From Longimicrobiales bacterium (GTDB lineage Bacteria > Gemmatimonadota > Gemmatimonadetes > Longimicrobiales > Gaopeijiaceae), in the NCBI GenBank assembly GCA_965202985.1, contig CBDBCF010000001.1:2304001-2368000 (forward strand): a stretch of 64,000 bases of DNA. Reading direction: 5' to 3'. This document shows positions 8,257 to 17,677 of the stretch, one piece after another. Positions within the stretch are counted from its first letter, which is position 1; the number at the start of each line of letters is the position of its first letter. Both the position numbers and the translations under genes were made by a program. Under the pieces are notes generated by a model that did no database searches, was not told where the DNA came from, and worked only from the letters and a program-made list of their open reading frames with translations.

Positions 8257-10839
8257 ATGACGACGAGATTGCGTTTCCGAAGATCCGGCCTCTTGCCGGT
8301 GGGCTTCCTTGCCGCAACGGCGGTCGCGCCGCCGCTTGCCGCCTTCGCCGCCACCGTGGCCCCGGCCGCTGCCGAAGCCCCTGCATCGGCCGCTCCCGTC
8401 GCGACGGCAGCCCCAGTCCAGGCCGCCCAGGACGCAACCCGCCCCGCCGGCCCCCCGAACTCGCGCCGCGAACCAGCACCAGGCCACGAACCCGCCCCAC
8501 ACGCCGAACCCGCCCCGCCCCGCGCCGACGCCGTCGTCTACGATGGCAGCGCCGGCGAGTTGACGGTGCCTTCGCCCTGGGTGGAGGACGCGGGCGTCGA
8601 CGTTGACGGTCGGCTGGACGAACCCGCCTGGGTCAACGCGCCCCTCTTGACCGGCTTCACCCAGTTCGACCCCGTCGAGGGTGTGCCGGCCACGCAACGC
8701 ACGGAGGCGCGCATCCTGGTCACCGACGACGCCATCTACTTCGGCGTCAAGGCGTTCGACGACCAGCCCGGCGGAACCCGAGCCACCTTGGGCGACCGCG
8801 ATTCCTTCGCCCGCTCGGACGACTACGTGCGCTTCGTGCTGGACACCTTTGACGACCGGCGGCGCGGCTACGTGATCATGGTGAACCCGCTGGGGGTTCA
8901 ACAGGACGGACTCTGGGTGGTGGGCGGCGGCAGGCGGGACCGGCGCTTCGGCCCGCCGATCGACTGGAACCCGGACTTCGTGTGGGAGTCGGAAGGCCGC
9001 CTCTTCGACTGGGGCTACGCCGTCGAGGTGAAGCTGCCCTTCAAGAGCATCCGCTTCCCGGAGGTCCCCCTTCAGGACTGGGGCCTGCAGATTGAGCGCC
9101 GCATCGCCCGCAACGGGTACGCCGAGGCGTGGGCGCCGGTCACCGCCGACGTGGCCAACGCCATGGAGCAGTTCGGCAAGCTCACGGGCTTGGAGGATCT
9201 GGACCCGGGCCTGTTCCTTGAAATCAACCCGGTGCAGACGTTCACCAAGCAGGGCAGCTGGAACGACGACCTGGGCGCCCTTCGCCGGAGCGGAACTGCC
9301 GGCGACTTCGGCCTGAACGCAACCTACGGGATCACGTCGAACCTGACCTTGGACGGCACGTACAACCCCGACTTCTCCCAGGTCGAGGCGGACGCGGGCC
9401 AGATCGCCGTCAACGAGCGCTTCGCCCTGTTCTTGCGCGAAAAGCGGCCCTTCTTCCTGGAAGGTACGGAGATCTTCGGGCTCCCGCGACAGCTGATCTA
9501 CACGCGCTCGATCGTGAACCCGGTGGCCGGCGCCAAGCTCACCGGCAAGATCGGCAGCTTCAACGCCGGCTACCTGGGCGCCGTGGACGACGTGGCGGAC
9601 CCGGACGCGGGCGAAGGCACGGCCAACCCGGTCGTCAACCTGTTTCGCCTGCGACGCGACCTGGGGGCCACCTCGAACGTGGGGATGGTCTACACGGACC
9701 GCACCTACCGCCGCGACCGCTACAACCGCGTGGCCGGGCTGGACGGCCGCTTCCAGTTCGCTCGGCGCTACACGGGGACGGTGCTGGCGGCGGGCAGCCG
9801 CACGGGGAACGGCGAATCGGGCGACGCCACCGGGGGTTCGCTGGTCACCGCGCGCCTGGACCGCTCGGGACGCAACTTCCAGTTCGGCGCCGAGTTCTCG
9901 GACGTGAGCGACGACTTCCGCGCCGCGAGCGGCTTCATCCGGCGGACGGGGACCGCACAGGTGCAGTCGCGGGCGTCGTACAACTTCCGGGGGCGGCCGG
10001 GCGACTTGATCGAGCGTTGGGGTCCCAGCGTCGAGTTCCAGGGCTACTGGGACCACGACGACTTCTGGGCGCGCCGAGGCGTGGAGGAAGCGCGCGTGCA
10101 GCTGGGAGGAAGCGTCTCCTTCCGCGGCAACGTGACGATCTTCGGGAACTACAGCCGCTCCTACTTCGACTTCCCCCGGGACGAGTACGACGGCTTGGTC
10201 CACGCGAGCGCCGGCGCGACGCCGCAACCCTTCTACCCGGAACAGTCCTTGTTCAAGGGCCTGCCTTCGGGAACCGTCTTCTTCTGGGTCAACGCCTTCG
10301 ACCGGGCGCGCGGCAACCTCCGCGTCACGCGTTCGGAGACGCCGCTCTTCGACTTCCGCACGGGCACGCCGGTGGAGGTGGCGCGGTCCTGGTCCGGCGA
10401 CGCCAGCCTCAACCTGTTCCCGACCACGCGCCTTCGCGCCGAGTTGGGCGCGCGTCACACGGTGCTTCGCCGCAAGCGGGACGGGTCGCTGTACTCGGAG
10501 GCGACGATTCCCCGGGTTCGACTCCAGTATCAGTTCACGCGGGCGCTCTACGCACGGGCGATCGCCGAGTACGCCAGCCAGCACCGGGGTGCGCCGCGGA
10601 CGCCAGAGGCGGGGCTGCCGCTGTCTTATTGCTCGGACGACTTCTGCAGCGCGCTGGAGGGTTCGGAGGCGAACGACTTTTCAGTGGAGACGCTGCTCAG
10701 CTACGAACCTACGCCGGGCACCGTCTTCTTCGTCGGTTACAGTCGCCGAATGGCGGACATGGAGCGTTTGCGGTTCCGAGACTTGCGGGCCGAGGCCGAC
10801 GGCCTTTTCGTCAAGATGTCGTACCGGTTCCGGCGGTAG
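8257..10839 (+). CDS. DUF5916 / carbohydrate-binding family 9-like outer-membrane protein
   Basis: Signal peptide; VDGRLDEPAW (CBM9-like); NPDFSQVEAD and EKRPFFLEG signatures; beta-barrel-type C-terminus FVKMSYRF. Confidence 0.85.
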   Translation: MTTRLRFRRSGLLPVGFLAATAVAPPLAAFAATVAPAAAEAPASAAPVATAAPVQAAQDATRPAGPPNSRREPAPGHEPAPHAEPAPPRADAVVYDGSAGELTVPSPWVEDAGVDVDGRLDEPAWVNAPLLTGFTQFDPVEGVPATQRTEARILVTDDAIYFGVKAFDDQPGGTRATLGDRDSFARSDDYVRFVLDTFDDRRRGYVIMVNPLGVQQDGLWVVGGGRRDRRFGPPIDWNPDFVWESEGRLFDWGYAVEVKLPFKSIRFPEVPLQDWGLQIERRIARNGYAEAWAPVTADVANAMEQFGKLTGLEDLDPGLFLEINPVQTFTKQGSWNDDLGALRRSGTAGDFGLNATYGITSNLTLDGTYNPDFSQVEADAGQIAVNERFALFLREKRPFFLEGTEIFGLPRQLIYTRSIVNPVAGAKLTGKIGSFNAGYLGAVDDVADPDAGEGTANPVVNLFRLRRDLGATSNVGMVYTDRTYRRDRYNRVAGLDGRFQFARRYTGTVLAAGSRTGNGESGDATGGSLVTARLDRSGRNFQFGAEFSDVSDDFRAASGFIRRTGTAQVQSRASYNFRGRPGDLIERWGPSVEFQGYWDHDDFWARRGVEEARVQLGGSVSFRGNVTIFGNYSRSYFDFPRDEYDGLVHASAGATPQPFYPEQSLFKGLPSGTVFFWVNAFDRARGNLRVTRSETPLFDFRTGTPVEVARSWSGDASLNLFPTTRLRAELGARHTVLRRKRDGSLYSEATIPRVRLQYQFTRALYARAIAEYASQHRGAPRTPEAGLPLSYCSDDFCSALEGSEANDFSVETLLSYEPTPGTVFFVGYSRRMADMERLRFRDLRAEADGLFVKMSYRFRR

Positions 10840-10912
10840 GCCGGGGCGAAGCGAAACGTTTTCGGCGCGCGCGGCGTATTCGGATGTGACACTAGCCTCA
10901 AGGAGAAATCAG

Positions 10913-11119
10913 ATGCAGTTCGTACGGACCTTCGGCGGGATCGCCCTGACCGGCGTGGCCGCCGTCATCGCCCTCAAGCTGATCGCCGCGGTGCTGCTGC
11001 CCCTGCTGGGCATGTTCCTGGGCTTCGCGGCCTTGGCGTTCAAGGTCGGCCTGTTCCTGGCCGTCGGCTTCTTCCTCTACCGGATGTTCCGCCGCCGGAG
11101 AGACGCCGCGCACGCCTGA
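10913..11119 (+). CDS. Small membrane protein (2 TM)
   Basis: AGGAG RBS, ATG at 10913, two hydrophobic helices and a basic tail. Confidence 0.7.
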   Translation: MQFVRTFGGIALTGVAAVIALKLIAAVLLPLLGMFLGFAALAFKVGLFLAVGFFLYRMFRRRRDAAHA

Positions 11120-11141
11120 CGGCGCCCAGACCGCTGCCTGA

Positions 11142-11170
11142 CGGCGGCGCCTTTCAACCCTGCGCCGCCG
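11142..11170. terminator. GC stem-loop between convergent genes
   Basis: CGGCGGCGC-11 nt-GCGCCGCCG, a perfect 9-bp stem; no U tract. Confidence 0.4.
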
Positions 11171-11180
11171 ACGCGGCCCG

Positions 11181-13022
11181 TCAGCGCTTCGGCTTTGCGG
11201 GCCGAGCCGCTCCCCCCCGTCCCTCCGGCTTGGGCTGGCCGGGACGCCAGTCGGGTCCGCGATCCGACCGCTTGGCCCCTCCGGTCCGACCCTTGCCGGC
11301 GGCCGGACGGCCCTTGTCGCCGGGAGATCGACCCCTTGCGCCGGCCGGGCGGCCCTTGCCGTTGGAGGCGCGGCCTCTGCCCACGGGCGGGCGACCTCCT
11401 CGCGCCCTTCCGCCGCCCGGCGGACCCCCTCCTCTGCTCGTGCCGCTTCGGGCCGGCCCGCCGCGCCGCTCGTTCTTGCCGCGGTCGTAGTCGACCCGAA
11501 CGCTGCGCCCGCCCAGCGTGGTGCCGTTGAGCGCGGCGATCACCGTCTTGGCGTCGCTTTCCCGGACCTCGACCAGGGAGTGGCTCTCCCGCACGTCGAT
11601 CCGGCCCACGCGCTTCCCCTCCACCCCCGACTCGCTGGCCACGGCGCCCAGGACGTCTCCGGGACCGATCCCGTCCCGCTCCCCCGCCGACACGAACAGC
11701 CGCAGCCAGCTCTCGGGCCGGCGGGCCGCGGCCGCCGCCGCTCCCCGACCTGCGGGGGCTGCCGAGCCGCCCTTGGCGTCGCTCTCGCGGTCCAGCAGGC
11801 ACAGCGCCGCCGCTGCCGCCTCGGCCGGGCTCAAGCGGTCCAGCAGCGACTCCACCAGGAGGTAGTAGGGCGCGGCCTCGGGGGCGCGGGCCGCTTGGTC
11901 CAGACGGTCGGCCAGCGCGTCCAGTCGGGACGACACGCGGGCGGGGCGGTCGGGGCGCACCCGCCGCAGCTCGAAGCCTGCTCGGGCGGCCGTTTCCTTC
12001 AGGTGTCCCAGCTCGCGAACCTCCGCCAGCGCCCACGCCGGGCCGCCTTCCGCGTGGCGCGCCTTCATGGCTTCGGGTCCGGCGGGCACGGCCGCCGACA
12101 ATGTGGCCACCGTCCGGGGGTCGGCGACGGCGTCCCGAGCCTGGGCGCCTTCGTCGTCTTCGCCGGGGCAAAGCCAAATCGGCGCCGTCTCGTCGCCGGG
12201 GGCGCCGCACACGTAGCCGTGGATCGCCAAGAAGTCGCCCAAGTCGGCGGCTTGGTCGGCGGAGTTTGCGAACACCAGCAGTCGGCGCGCTGGGTCGCCC
12301 ACGATCTTGGCGGCCAGCCCGAGCACCGCTTCCTCCCGAGCCCCCGCGACCACCAGGTAGTCCAGCGAGCGGGGTGTCGCGCCCCGCTTGGCGCCTCGCT
12401 CCCGCCCCGTCGCCGCGCCGCCGGCAGGCTCCGCCGGCACGGTCACGGCCTTGCGCGCATACTGGCCGGCCAAGGCTTGCAGGTCGGCGCCGAAGGGCAG
12501 GCCGCAGAAGACCCTTTGGCAGTCTTTGGGAAGGGACGACAGGAAGAACTCCAACCGGTCCTTGGGCACGGCGCCCACGACGCCGTCGCCGTCGTGGAGG
12601 ATCATCGCCTTGAGGTCGTCCACGGCCAGGGAACCGTCGTACAGGGCCTTGAACCGATCCGGCGGCACGAACAGGAAGTCCGCCTGCTCGGGCATGTGCC
12701 AGTTGTCGGTCAGGGCCGCCGCGCGGTGTCCCGACCCCTCGCAGAGCCGGGCGAAGGACCGCGCCAGCTCGGCGGCCTGCCGCGCACCGCCGCACAGGAC
12801 CACGCACTCCGGGCCGCCGCCGCCGGCCTTGACTCGATCCAGAAGGGGCGCCCCGTAGGCCACGAGCGTGCCGCTGCCGGGTCCGGCGCGGCCCAGCAGG
12901 TCGTTGCCGCGCGCAAGGACCGGGATCGCAAGCGCCTGGAACGGCGTGGGCGTCTCGATCCCCTCGGCCGCCAGCGCGGCCACCGTCTCGTCGCCCAGCG
13001 GCAGCTCGTCGAAAGAAGTCAC
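11181..13022 (-). CDS. DeaD/DbpA-like protein with degenerate helicase motifs and a DbpA RNA-binding domain
   Basis: GTG start overlaps the upstream TGA. Q-motif (SFDELPL..GIETPTPFQALAIP) and C-terminal LRLFVSAGERDGIGPGDVLGAV..VGRIDV are retained, followed by an RG-rich tail. Walker A reads GSGT and the DEAD position reads HDGD. Confidence 0.8.
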   Translation of the reverse strand: MTSFDELPLGDETVAALAAEGIETPTPFQALAIPVLARGNDLLGRAGPGSGTLVAYGAPLLDRVKAGGGGPECVVLCGGARQAAELARSFARLCEGSGHRAAALTDNWHMPEQADFLFVPPDRFKALYDGSLAVDDLKAMILHDGDGVVGAVPKDRLEFFLSSLPKDCQRVFCGLPFGADLQALAGQYARKAVTVPAEPAGGAATGRERGAKRGATPRSLDYLVVAGAREEAVLGLAAKIVGDPARRLLVFANSADQAADLGDFLAIHGYVCGAPGDETAPIWLCPGEDDEGAQARDAVADPRTVATLSAAVPAGPEAMKARHAEGGPAWALAEVRELGHLKETAARAGFELRRVRPDRPARVSSRLDALADRLDQAARAPEAAPYYLLVESLLDRLSPAEAAAAALCLLDRESDAKGGSAAPAGRGAAAAAARRPESWLRLFVSAGERDGIGPGDVLGAVASESGVEGKRVGRIDVRESHSLVEVRESDAKTVIAALNGTTLGGRSVRVDYDRGKNERRGGPARSGTSRGGGPPGGGRARGGRPPVGRGRASNGKGRPAGARGRSPGDKGRPAAGKGRTGGAKRSDRGPDWRPGQPKPEGRGGAARPAKPKR

Positions 13023-13408
13023 GCGGACGCCGTCTGCGAACGCTCTGCGCCCGCGCCGCCGGCAGCGCCCGGGTCCCCCGAGCCCACGTCCGCCGCGTCG
13101 CCCGTGCCGCCCGGGTCCCCCGAGCCCGGCCCGCCCGCGTCGCCGGGCTCGTACGGCAGGGCGTTCAGGAACCGCTGGATCTCGTAGTCCAGTCGGGACG
13201 TGCGGAGGCGGTCGGTTTGGGCCGTCACCTCCGTGGAGAGCCCGTGGCGATGGACCGTGAGAACGACCGTGCCCTCGTCGCCGGCATACGTGGCGCCATG
13301 CTTGGAGTCGCGGGACTTGGCCAGTCCGATGTACTCGGGAATGTGACTCTCGGCCTTTGCCAGCACTTCCGCCGGGCCGAACGCCGTCTTTCGCTGATAG
13401 CCTGCCAT
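13019..13408 (-). CDS. Hypothetical protein
   Basis: MAGYQRKTAFGPAEVLAKAE...; lies in an operon between DsbA and the helicase-like gene. Confidence 0.7.
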   Translation of the reverse strand: MAGYQRKTAFGPAEVLAKAESHIPEYIGLAKSRDSKHGATYAGDEGTVVLTVHRHGLSTEVTAQTDRLRTSRLDYEIQRFLNALPYEPGDAGGPGSGDPGGTGDAADVGSGDPGAAGGAGAERSQTASA

Positions 13409-13416
13409 GTGCGCGC

Positions 13417-14025
13417 CTACGCTTGCGGGGGCGGGGTCCAGGCCGCCTGGGCGACGGCCGCTTCTGTCCATCGCCGAATTTCGCCCGGAGACCGCAATCC
13501 GGCCAACCGCCGACCTCCGACGGCCAGCACGGGCACGCCGTCCACCCCGCGCTCCAGGGCCAACGCGCGCGCCTCCGCCACGGCCCCGGCACAGCGGTCC
13601 ACGCCCAGCGTCGTCCGGGCCTCGGCCCCGTCCAGCCCCGCCTCCGCCGCGACCTCGGCAAGCACGTCGATCCGCCCGATGTCCCTTCCGGCGACGAAGT
13701 GCGCCCGGAAGAGCGCCTGCACAAGCTCGCCGCGATGCCCCTTGTCCCCGGCGAACTCGGCCAACTCGTGGGCCTTGCGCGTCCAGGGCAAGAAGTCCGG
13801 CGTGGCCATGGGAACGCCCGCCGCCTCCGCATAGGCGAGGGCCCGCGACTGACGGTCGGCCCAAGCCGGGTCCACGGGGTTCAACATGGGCTGGGGCGGA
13901 ACGCGAAGCTCGAAGCCGCGCCAATCGACGGCCGCCTCGGCTCCGGCGTCAAGAACGACCTGGGCGGCCAAGTACGACGCCGGATCAACGAAGTCGAAGT
14001 AGAAGGCGATGGGCCGAGTCGGCAT
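13417..14025 (-). CDS. DsbA/FrnE (HCCA isomerase-like) thioredoxin-fold protein
   Basis: AFYFDFVDPASY, LFRAHF..GRDIG, GVDGVP; no CxxC. Confidence 0.8.
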   Translation of the reverse strand: MPTRPIAFYFDFVDPASYLAAQVVLDAGAEAAVDWRGFELRVPPQPMLNPVDPAWADRQSRALAYAEAAGVPMATPDFLPWTRKAHELAEFAGDKGHRGELVQALFRAHFVAGRDIGRIDVLAEVAAEAGLDGAEARTTLGVDRCAGAVAEARALALERGVDGVPVLAVGGRRLAGLRSPGEIRRWTEAAVAQAAWTPPPQA

Positions 14026-14161
14026 GGGCACGGTGGGCGAGATTGGGGTTCGCGGGGACGGGGCTTGCCAGGGCGAGTGCGCTTGGGCAATGTCGGTGCC
14101 GACCAGAAACGGATGTTCAGCCCGTGCGCGCCCGCACGCTCCCTCCAAAGGACGCCTCCCC

Positions 14162-15349
14162 ATGACCTATTCGCAAAACATCGCCAAGTTGCAGCCTTCG
14201 GCCACGATCGCCGTCAGCACGCTGGCCAAGAAGCTGGCCGCCGAGGGGCGAGACATCGTCAACCTGAGCGCCGGCGAGCCCGACTTTCCCACGCCGGAGG
14301 GGATATGCGACGCGGCGGTGGCGGGCGTCCGAGAGGGCCAGACCCGCTACACGCCCACGGGCGGCACCCCGGCTTTGCGCGCCGCCGCCGCCCAGTACAT
14401 GACCGAAGACACGGCGTACCCGGCGGACCCTGCGCGGGTGGTGGTGTCGGCGGGCGCCAAGCAGTCCCTGTTCAACGCCTGCTTCTGCCTGTTCGGGCCG
14501 GGCGACGAGGTGATGATCGGGTCGCCGTACTGGACCTCGTACCCGGAGATGGTCACGCTGGCCCGCGCCGAACCCGTGCTGGTGTGGGGAAGCGAAGACC
14601 GCGACTTCCTGCTCCTGCCGGACGACCTGGAGGCCGCCGCCACGCCCGCCACGCGAGGACTGATCCTGTCCACGCCGTCCAACCCGACCGGCGCCGTCTA
14701 CGCGCGCGACCAGCTGGCGGAGGTGGCCAAGTGGGCCAAGTCGCGCAACGTGGTCCTGATCTCGGACGAGATCTACCGCGAGATCTACTACGGGGACGGT
14801 CCCCGCGCGCCCGGCGCCCTGGACCTGGACCCCGCGGACGTGGGCGAACTGGTCGTCGCCAACGGCATGTCCAAGGCGTTCGCGATGACGGGCTGGCGCG
14901 TCGGCTTCTCCTACACCAGCGCCGAGCTGGCGGGGAAGATGTCCGCGTTTCAGAGTCACGTGTCGCTCAACGCCGCCACGCCGTCGCAGGTGGCCGCGCT
15001 GGAGGGTTTGACGCGCGGCGAGAAGGGGGCGGCCGACAAAGCGGTCATGATGGAGGCGTTCCGTCGCCGCCGGGACTTGGTGGCGCGCCTCTTCGACGAA
15101 CTGCTGCCGGGGTGCCGGTACGTGCTGCCGCAGGGCGCGTTCTACCTGTACTTCCGCGTGGACGGGGCGTTCGACGACCATGTCAAGACGTCCAGCGACG
15201 TGTGCACGCGCATCTTGGAAGAGGTCGGCGTGGCGATCGTGCCCGGCGTGGCGTTCGGCGACGACCGCTACGCGCGCATGAGCACCGCGTCGTCGGACGA
15301 AGAGATCGAAGAGGGCGTGCGGCGGATGGCTAAGGTCTTGGCCGCCTGA
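14162..15349 (+). CDS. PLP-dependent class I/II aminotransferase (aspartate aminotransferase-like)
   Basis: AGEPDF, GAKQSL, PYWTSY, PSNPTG, SDEIY, SKAFAMTGWRVG. Confidence 0.93.
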   Translation: MTYSQNIAKLQPSATIAVSTLAKKLAAEGRDIVNLSAGEPDFPTPEGICDAAVAGVREGQTRYTPTGGTPALRAAAAQYMTEDTAYPADPARVVVSAGAKQSLFNACFCLFGPGDEVMIGSPYWTSYPEMVTLARAEPVLVWGSEDRDFLLLPDDLEAAATPATRGLILSTPSNPTGAVYARDQLAEVAKWAKSRNVVLISDEIYREIYYGDGPRAPGALDLDPADVGELVVANGMSKAFAMTGWRVGFSYTSAELAGKMSAFQSHVSLNAATPSQVAALEGLTRGEKGAADKAVMMEAFRRRRDLVARLFDELLPGCRYVLPQGAFYLYFRVDGAFDDHVKTSSDVCTRILEEVGVAIVPGVAFGDDRYARMSTASSDEEIEEGVRRMAKVLAA

Positions 15350-15354
15350 TCGCG

Positions 15355-16149
15355 TTGGGGCCCGACGAGTACGTTCGGCGGCTCTTCGCGGCGGAAGACG
15401 ACTGCCTGCGGGAGGTTCGCGGCCGCGCTGACCAAGCCGGGCTCCCGCAGATTCAGCTGCCCCCGGCGACGGCGCGGGCCGTGCAAGTGCTGTTGCGCGC
15501 GGTCGGGGCCAAGCGCGTGCTGGAAGTGGGGGCGCTGGCCGGGTACTCGGCGGTCTGGATCGCCCGGGCGCTCCCGCCGGAGGGCCGCCTGATCACGCTG
15601 GAGATCGACCCGAAGCACGCCGCGCTGGCCCGGCAGTCGCTGGAAGCGGCGGGCGTGGCGGACCGGGCGGAGGTGCGTGTCGGCGACGCCGCGACCGCCA
15701 TGGCCGAGCTGGGGCCGCCCGGCTCCTTCGACGCCGTGTTCCTGGACGCCGACAAGGAGCGCTACGCCCAATACGCGGAAGAGGCGGCGCGGTTGTTGCG
15801 CTCCGGCGGCCTGCTGCTGGCGGACAATGCCTTGTGGAAGGGGCGCGTGGCGGAGCTGGAGGCGGTGGGCGACTTGGAGCTAGGGCCGGCGGCGGACGCG
15901 GGCGACTTGGGGGCGGACGCGGAAGAGGACGCGGGCGAGGTGGCCAGCGACCTGGGGGCGGACGCGGGTGGACCGGCGGACATGGTGCCGGCGGCAGACC
16001 GGGAGGCGACGTCGGCGCACGCGGAGGCGCTGGACGCGGAGCGCGCCAAGATCATGCACGCCTTCAATCGGAAGCTGGCGGGCGACTCCCGCTTCGACGC
16101 CACGGTGCTTCCGGTGGGCGACGGGCTGGCGGTGGCGGTCAAGCGGTAG
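15355..16149 (+). CDS. O-methyltransferase (Methyltransf_3 family)
   Basis: VLEVGALAGYS, FLDADK, ADNALW, PVGDG; carries an acidic low-complexity insert. Confidence 0.88.
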   Translation: MGPDEYVRRLFAAEDDCLREVRGRADQAGLPQIQLPPATARAVQVLLRAVGAKRVLEVGALAGYSAVWIARALPPEGRLITLEIDPKHAALARQSLEAAGVADRAEVRVGDAATAMAELGPPGSFDAVFLDADKERYAQYAEEAARLLRSGGLLLADNALWKGRVAELEAVGDLELGPAADAGDLGADAEEDAGEVASDLGADAGGPADMVPAADREATSAHAEALDAERAKIMHAFNRKLAGDSRFDATVLPVGDGLAVAVKR

Positions 16150-16156
16150 CGCGTGG

Positions 16157-17125
16157 TCAAGCGGCAGCAGCGGCGGCACGGACCGCTTCCGCCGCCGCCA
16201 CGGCTTGGCTCGCATAGCCGCCGCCGAACAGGCGGGCGTGCACCAGGAGCGGGTAGAGCTGGTAGGCCGAACGACGAGCTTCGTGGCCGGGGCGAAGGGG
16301 CCATGCTTCTTCGTATGCCCGATAGAAGGCGGGCGCGAAGCCGCCGAACAGACGGGCCATCGCCAGGTCCACTTCCCGGTGTCCCACGTAGACCGCAGGG
16401 TCGATCAGCACGGGGTTCCCGGCGCCGTCGAAGAGCACGTTGCCCGACCACAGGTCGCCGTGGAGCAGGGAAGGACCATCGGCCTCCGCAGCGGGGCCGG
16501 CGAGTTCGGCCATGGAGTCAGCCGCCTCCTCCACCACGGCAGCTTGCCGAGCGGACAGGGCGCCCCCGGCGCACAGCTTCCCGACCAACGGACGAATCCG
16601 CCGCCTCGCCCAGAACTCGGGCCACGACCGGGTCCAGCCGTTGGGCTGAGGCAGCGACCCGATCACGTTGTCGGCGTGCCAGCCGTAGCGGCGCGACCGG
16701 GCGTGATCGGATCCCGACGAGCCGGCGGCGGCCCTTCGCGAGGGGGCGGCCCCCACTCGCGTGGCGCCCGGCCTGTGCAGGGCGGCCAGCTGTCGTCCCA
16801 GGCAAGTCCAGCTCTGACGGCCGGGGCGGCCTTCGCCGATCCACTCCAACAGCAGCCACGGGACGGACTCGTCAAGCGCGCTGCGGGCCGCAACTTCGGG
16901 CGTCTTGACCGCGCCGGCGCGGGCCAGCGCCGCCAACCCGTCCGCCTCGGCCTCGAAGAAGTGCGGGCCAGCGTTTCGGTTCCACTTCAGAAAGTACGTG
17001 CCCCTCGACGTGCGCACCTCGACGGCTTGATTGATGCATCCGCCGCCCACGGGCCGCGTGCGCAGGGCTTCGTCCGACGAAAGGCCCGTCGCCCGACAAA
17101 CCGCGGCGACCACGGCCTCCGGCAA
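16157..17125 (-). CDS. Fructosamine kinase family protein
   Basis: VGGGCIN, LLHGDLWSGN, LIDPAVYVGHREVDLAM, YQLYPLLVH. Start uncertain (TTG at 17125 used). Confidence 0.88.
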   Translation of the reverse strand: MPEAVVAAVCRATGLSSDEALRTRPVGGGCINQAVEVRTSRGTYFLKWNRNAGPHFFEAEADGLAALARAGAVKTPEVAARSALDESVPWLLLEWIGEGRPGRQSWTCLGRQLAALHRPGATRVGAAPSRRAAAGSSGSDHARSRRYGWHADNVIGSLPQPNGWTRSWPEFWARRRIRPLVGKLCAGGALSARQAAVVEEAADSMAELAGPAAEADGPSLLHGDLWSGNVLFDGAGNPVLIDPAVYVGHREVDLAMARLFGGFAPAFYRAYEEAWPLRPGHEARRSAYQLYPLLVHARLFGGGYASQAVAAAEAVRAAAAAA

Positions 17126-17130
17126 GGGCG

Positions 17131-17628
17131 TCAGTCGCTCCGCCCGGTCAAGTCGTCCAGCAGCCCTTCGCACGAGCGCGTCAGCATCTCGTACACCTCG
17201 TCGAATCCTCCCGGCCCGCCGTAGTACGGGTCCGGCACGTCGGCTCCCTCGTCCTCGGGATCATAGTCCCGCATCATCACGATCTCGGCCTGGCCCGAGC
17301 GTCCCTGCAAGCGCTCCAACGCGCGCCGGTTGCTTTCGTCCATGGCCACGACGACGCCGGGCGCGTCCATGTCTCTTTGCGTCACCTTGCGCGCCGTGCT
17401 GGTCAAGCGGATTCCCCGACGCGCCGCCACCTCCACCGAGCGATGGTCCGGCGCCTCGCCGGCATGGTACCCCGCCGTCCCGGCCGAATCCACGAGAAAC
17501 CGGTCCTCCAAGCCCCGGTCGGCAACCAAGCGGCAAAAGACGCCCTCCGCCAGCGGCGAGCGGCAGATGTTGCCCAAGCACACGAAGAGAACGCGCTGTC
17601 GGGTTGATTCGGAGTTCGGCATGGTCAT
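17131..17628 (-). CDS. Low-molecular-weight protein-tyrosine phosphatase
   Basis: VCLGNICRS P-loop, DSAGT, DPYYG. Confidence 0.95.
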   Translation of the reverse strand: MTMPNSESTRQRVLFVCLGNICRSPLAEGVFCRLVADRGLEDRFLVDSAGTAGYHAGEAPDHRSVEVAARRGIRLTSTARKVTQRDMDAPGVVVAMDESNRRALERLQGRSGQAEIVMMRDYDPEDEGADVPDPYYGGPGGFDEVYEMLTRSCEGLLDDLTGRSD

Positions 17629-17677
17629 GGCGGGGCAAGCGACTTGGCGGGGTTGGCGGGAACGCTAGATTACTCAA

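Noticed and set aside
7018..10584. 1188-aa minus-strand ORF
   Set aside because: Antisense shadow of the DUF5916 gene in high-GC DNA; no motifs.
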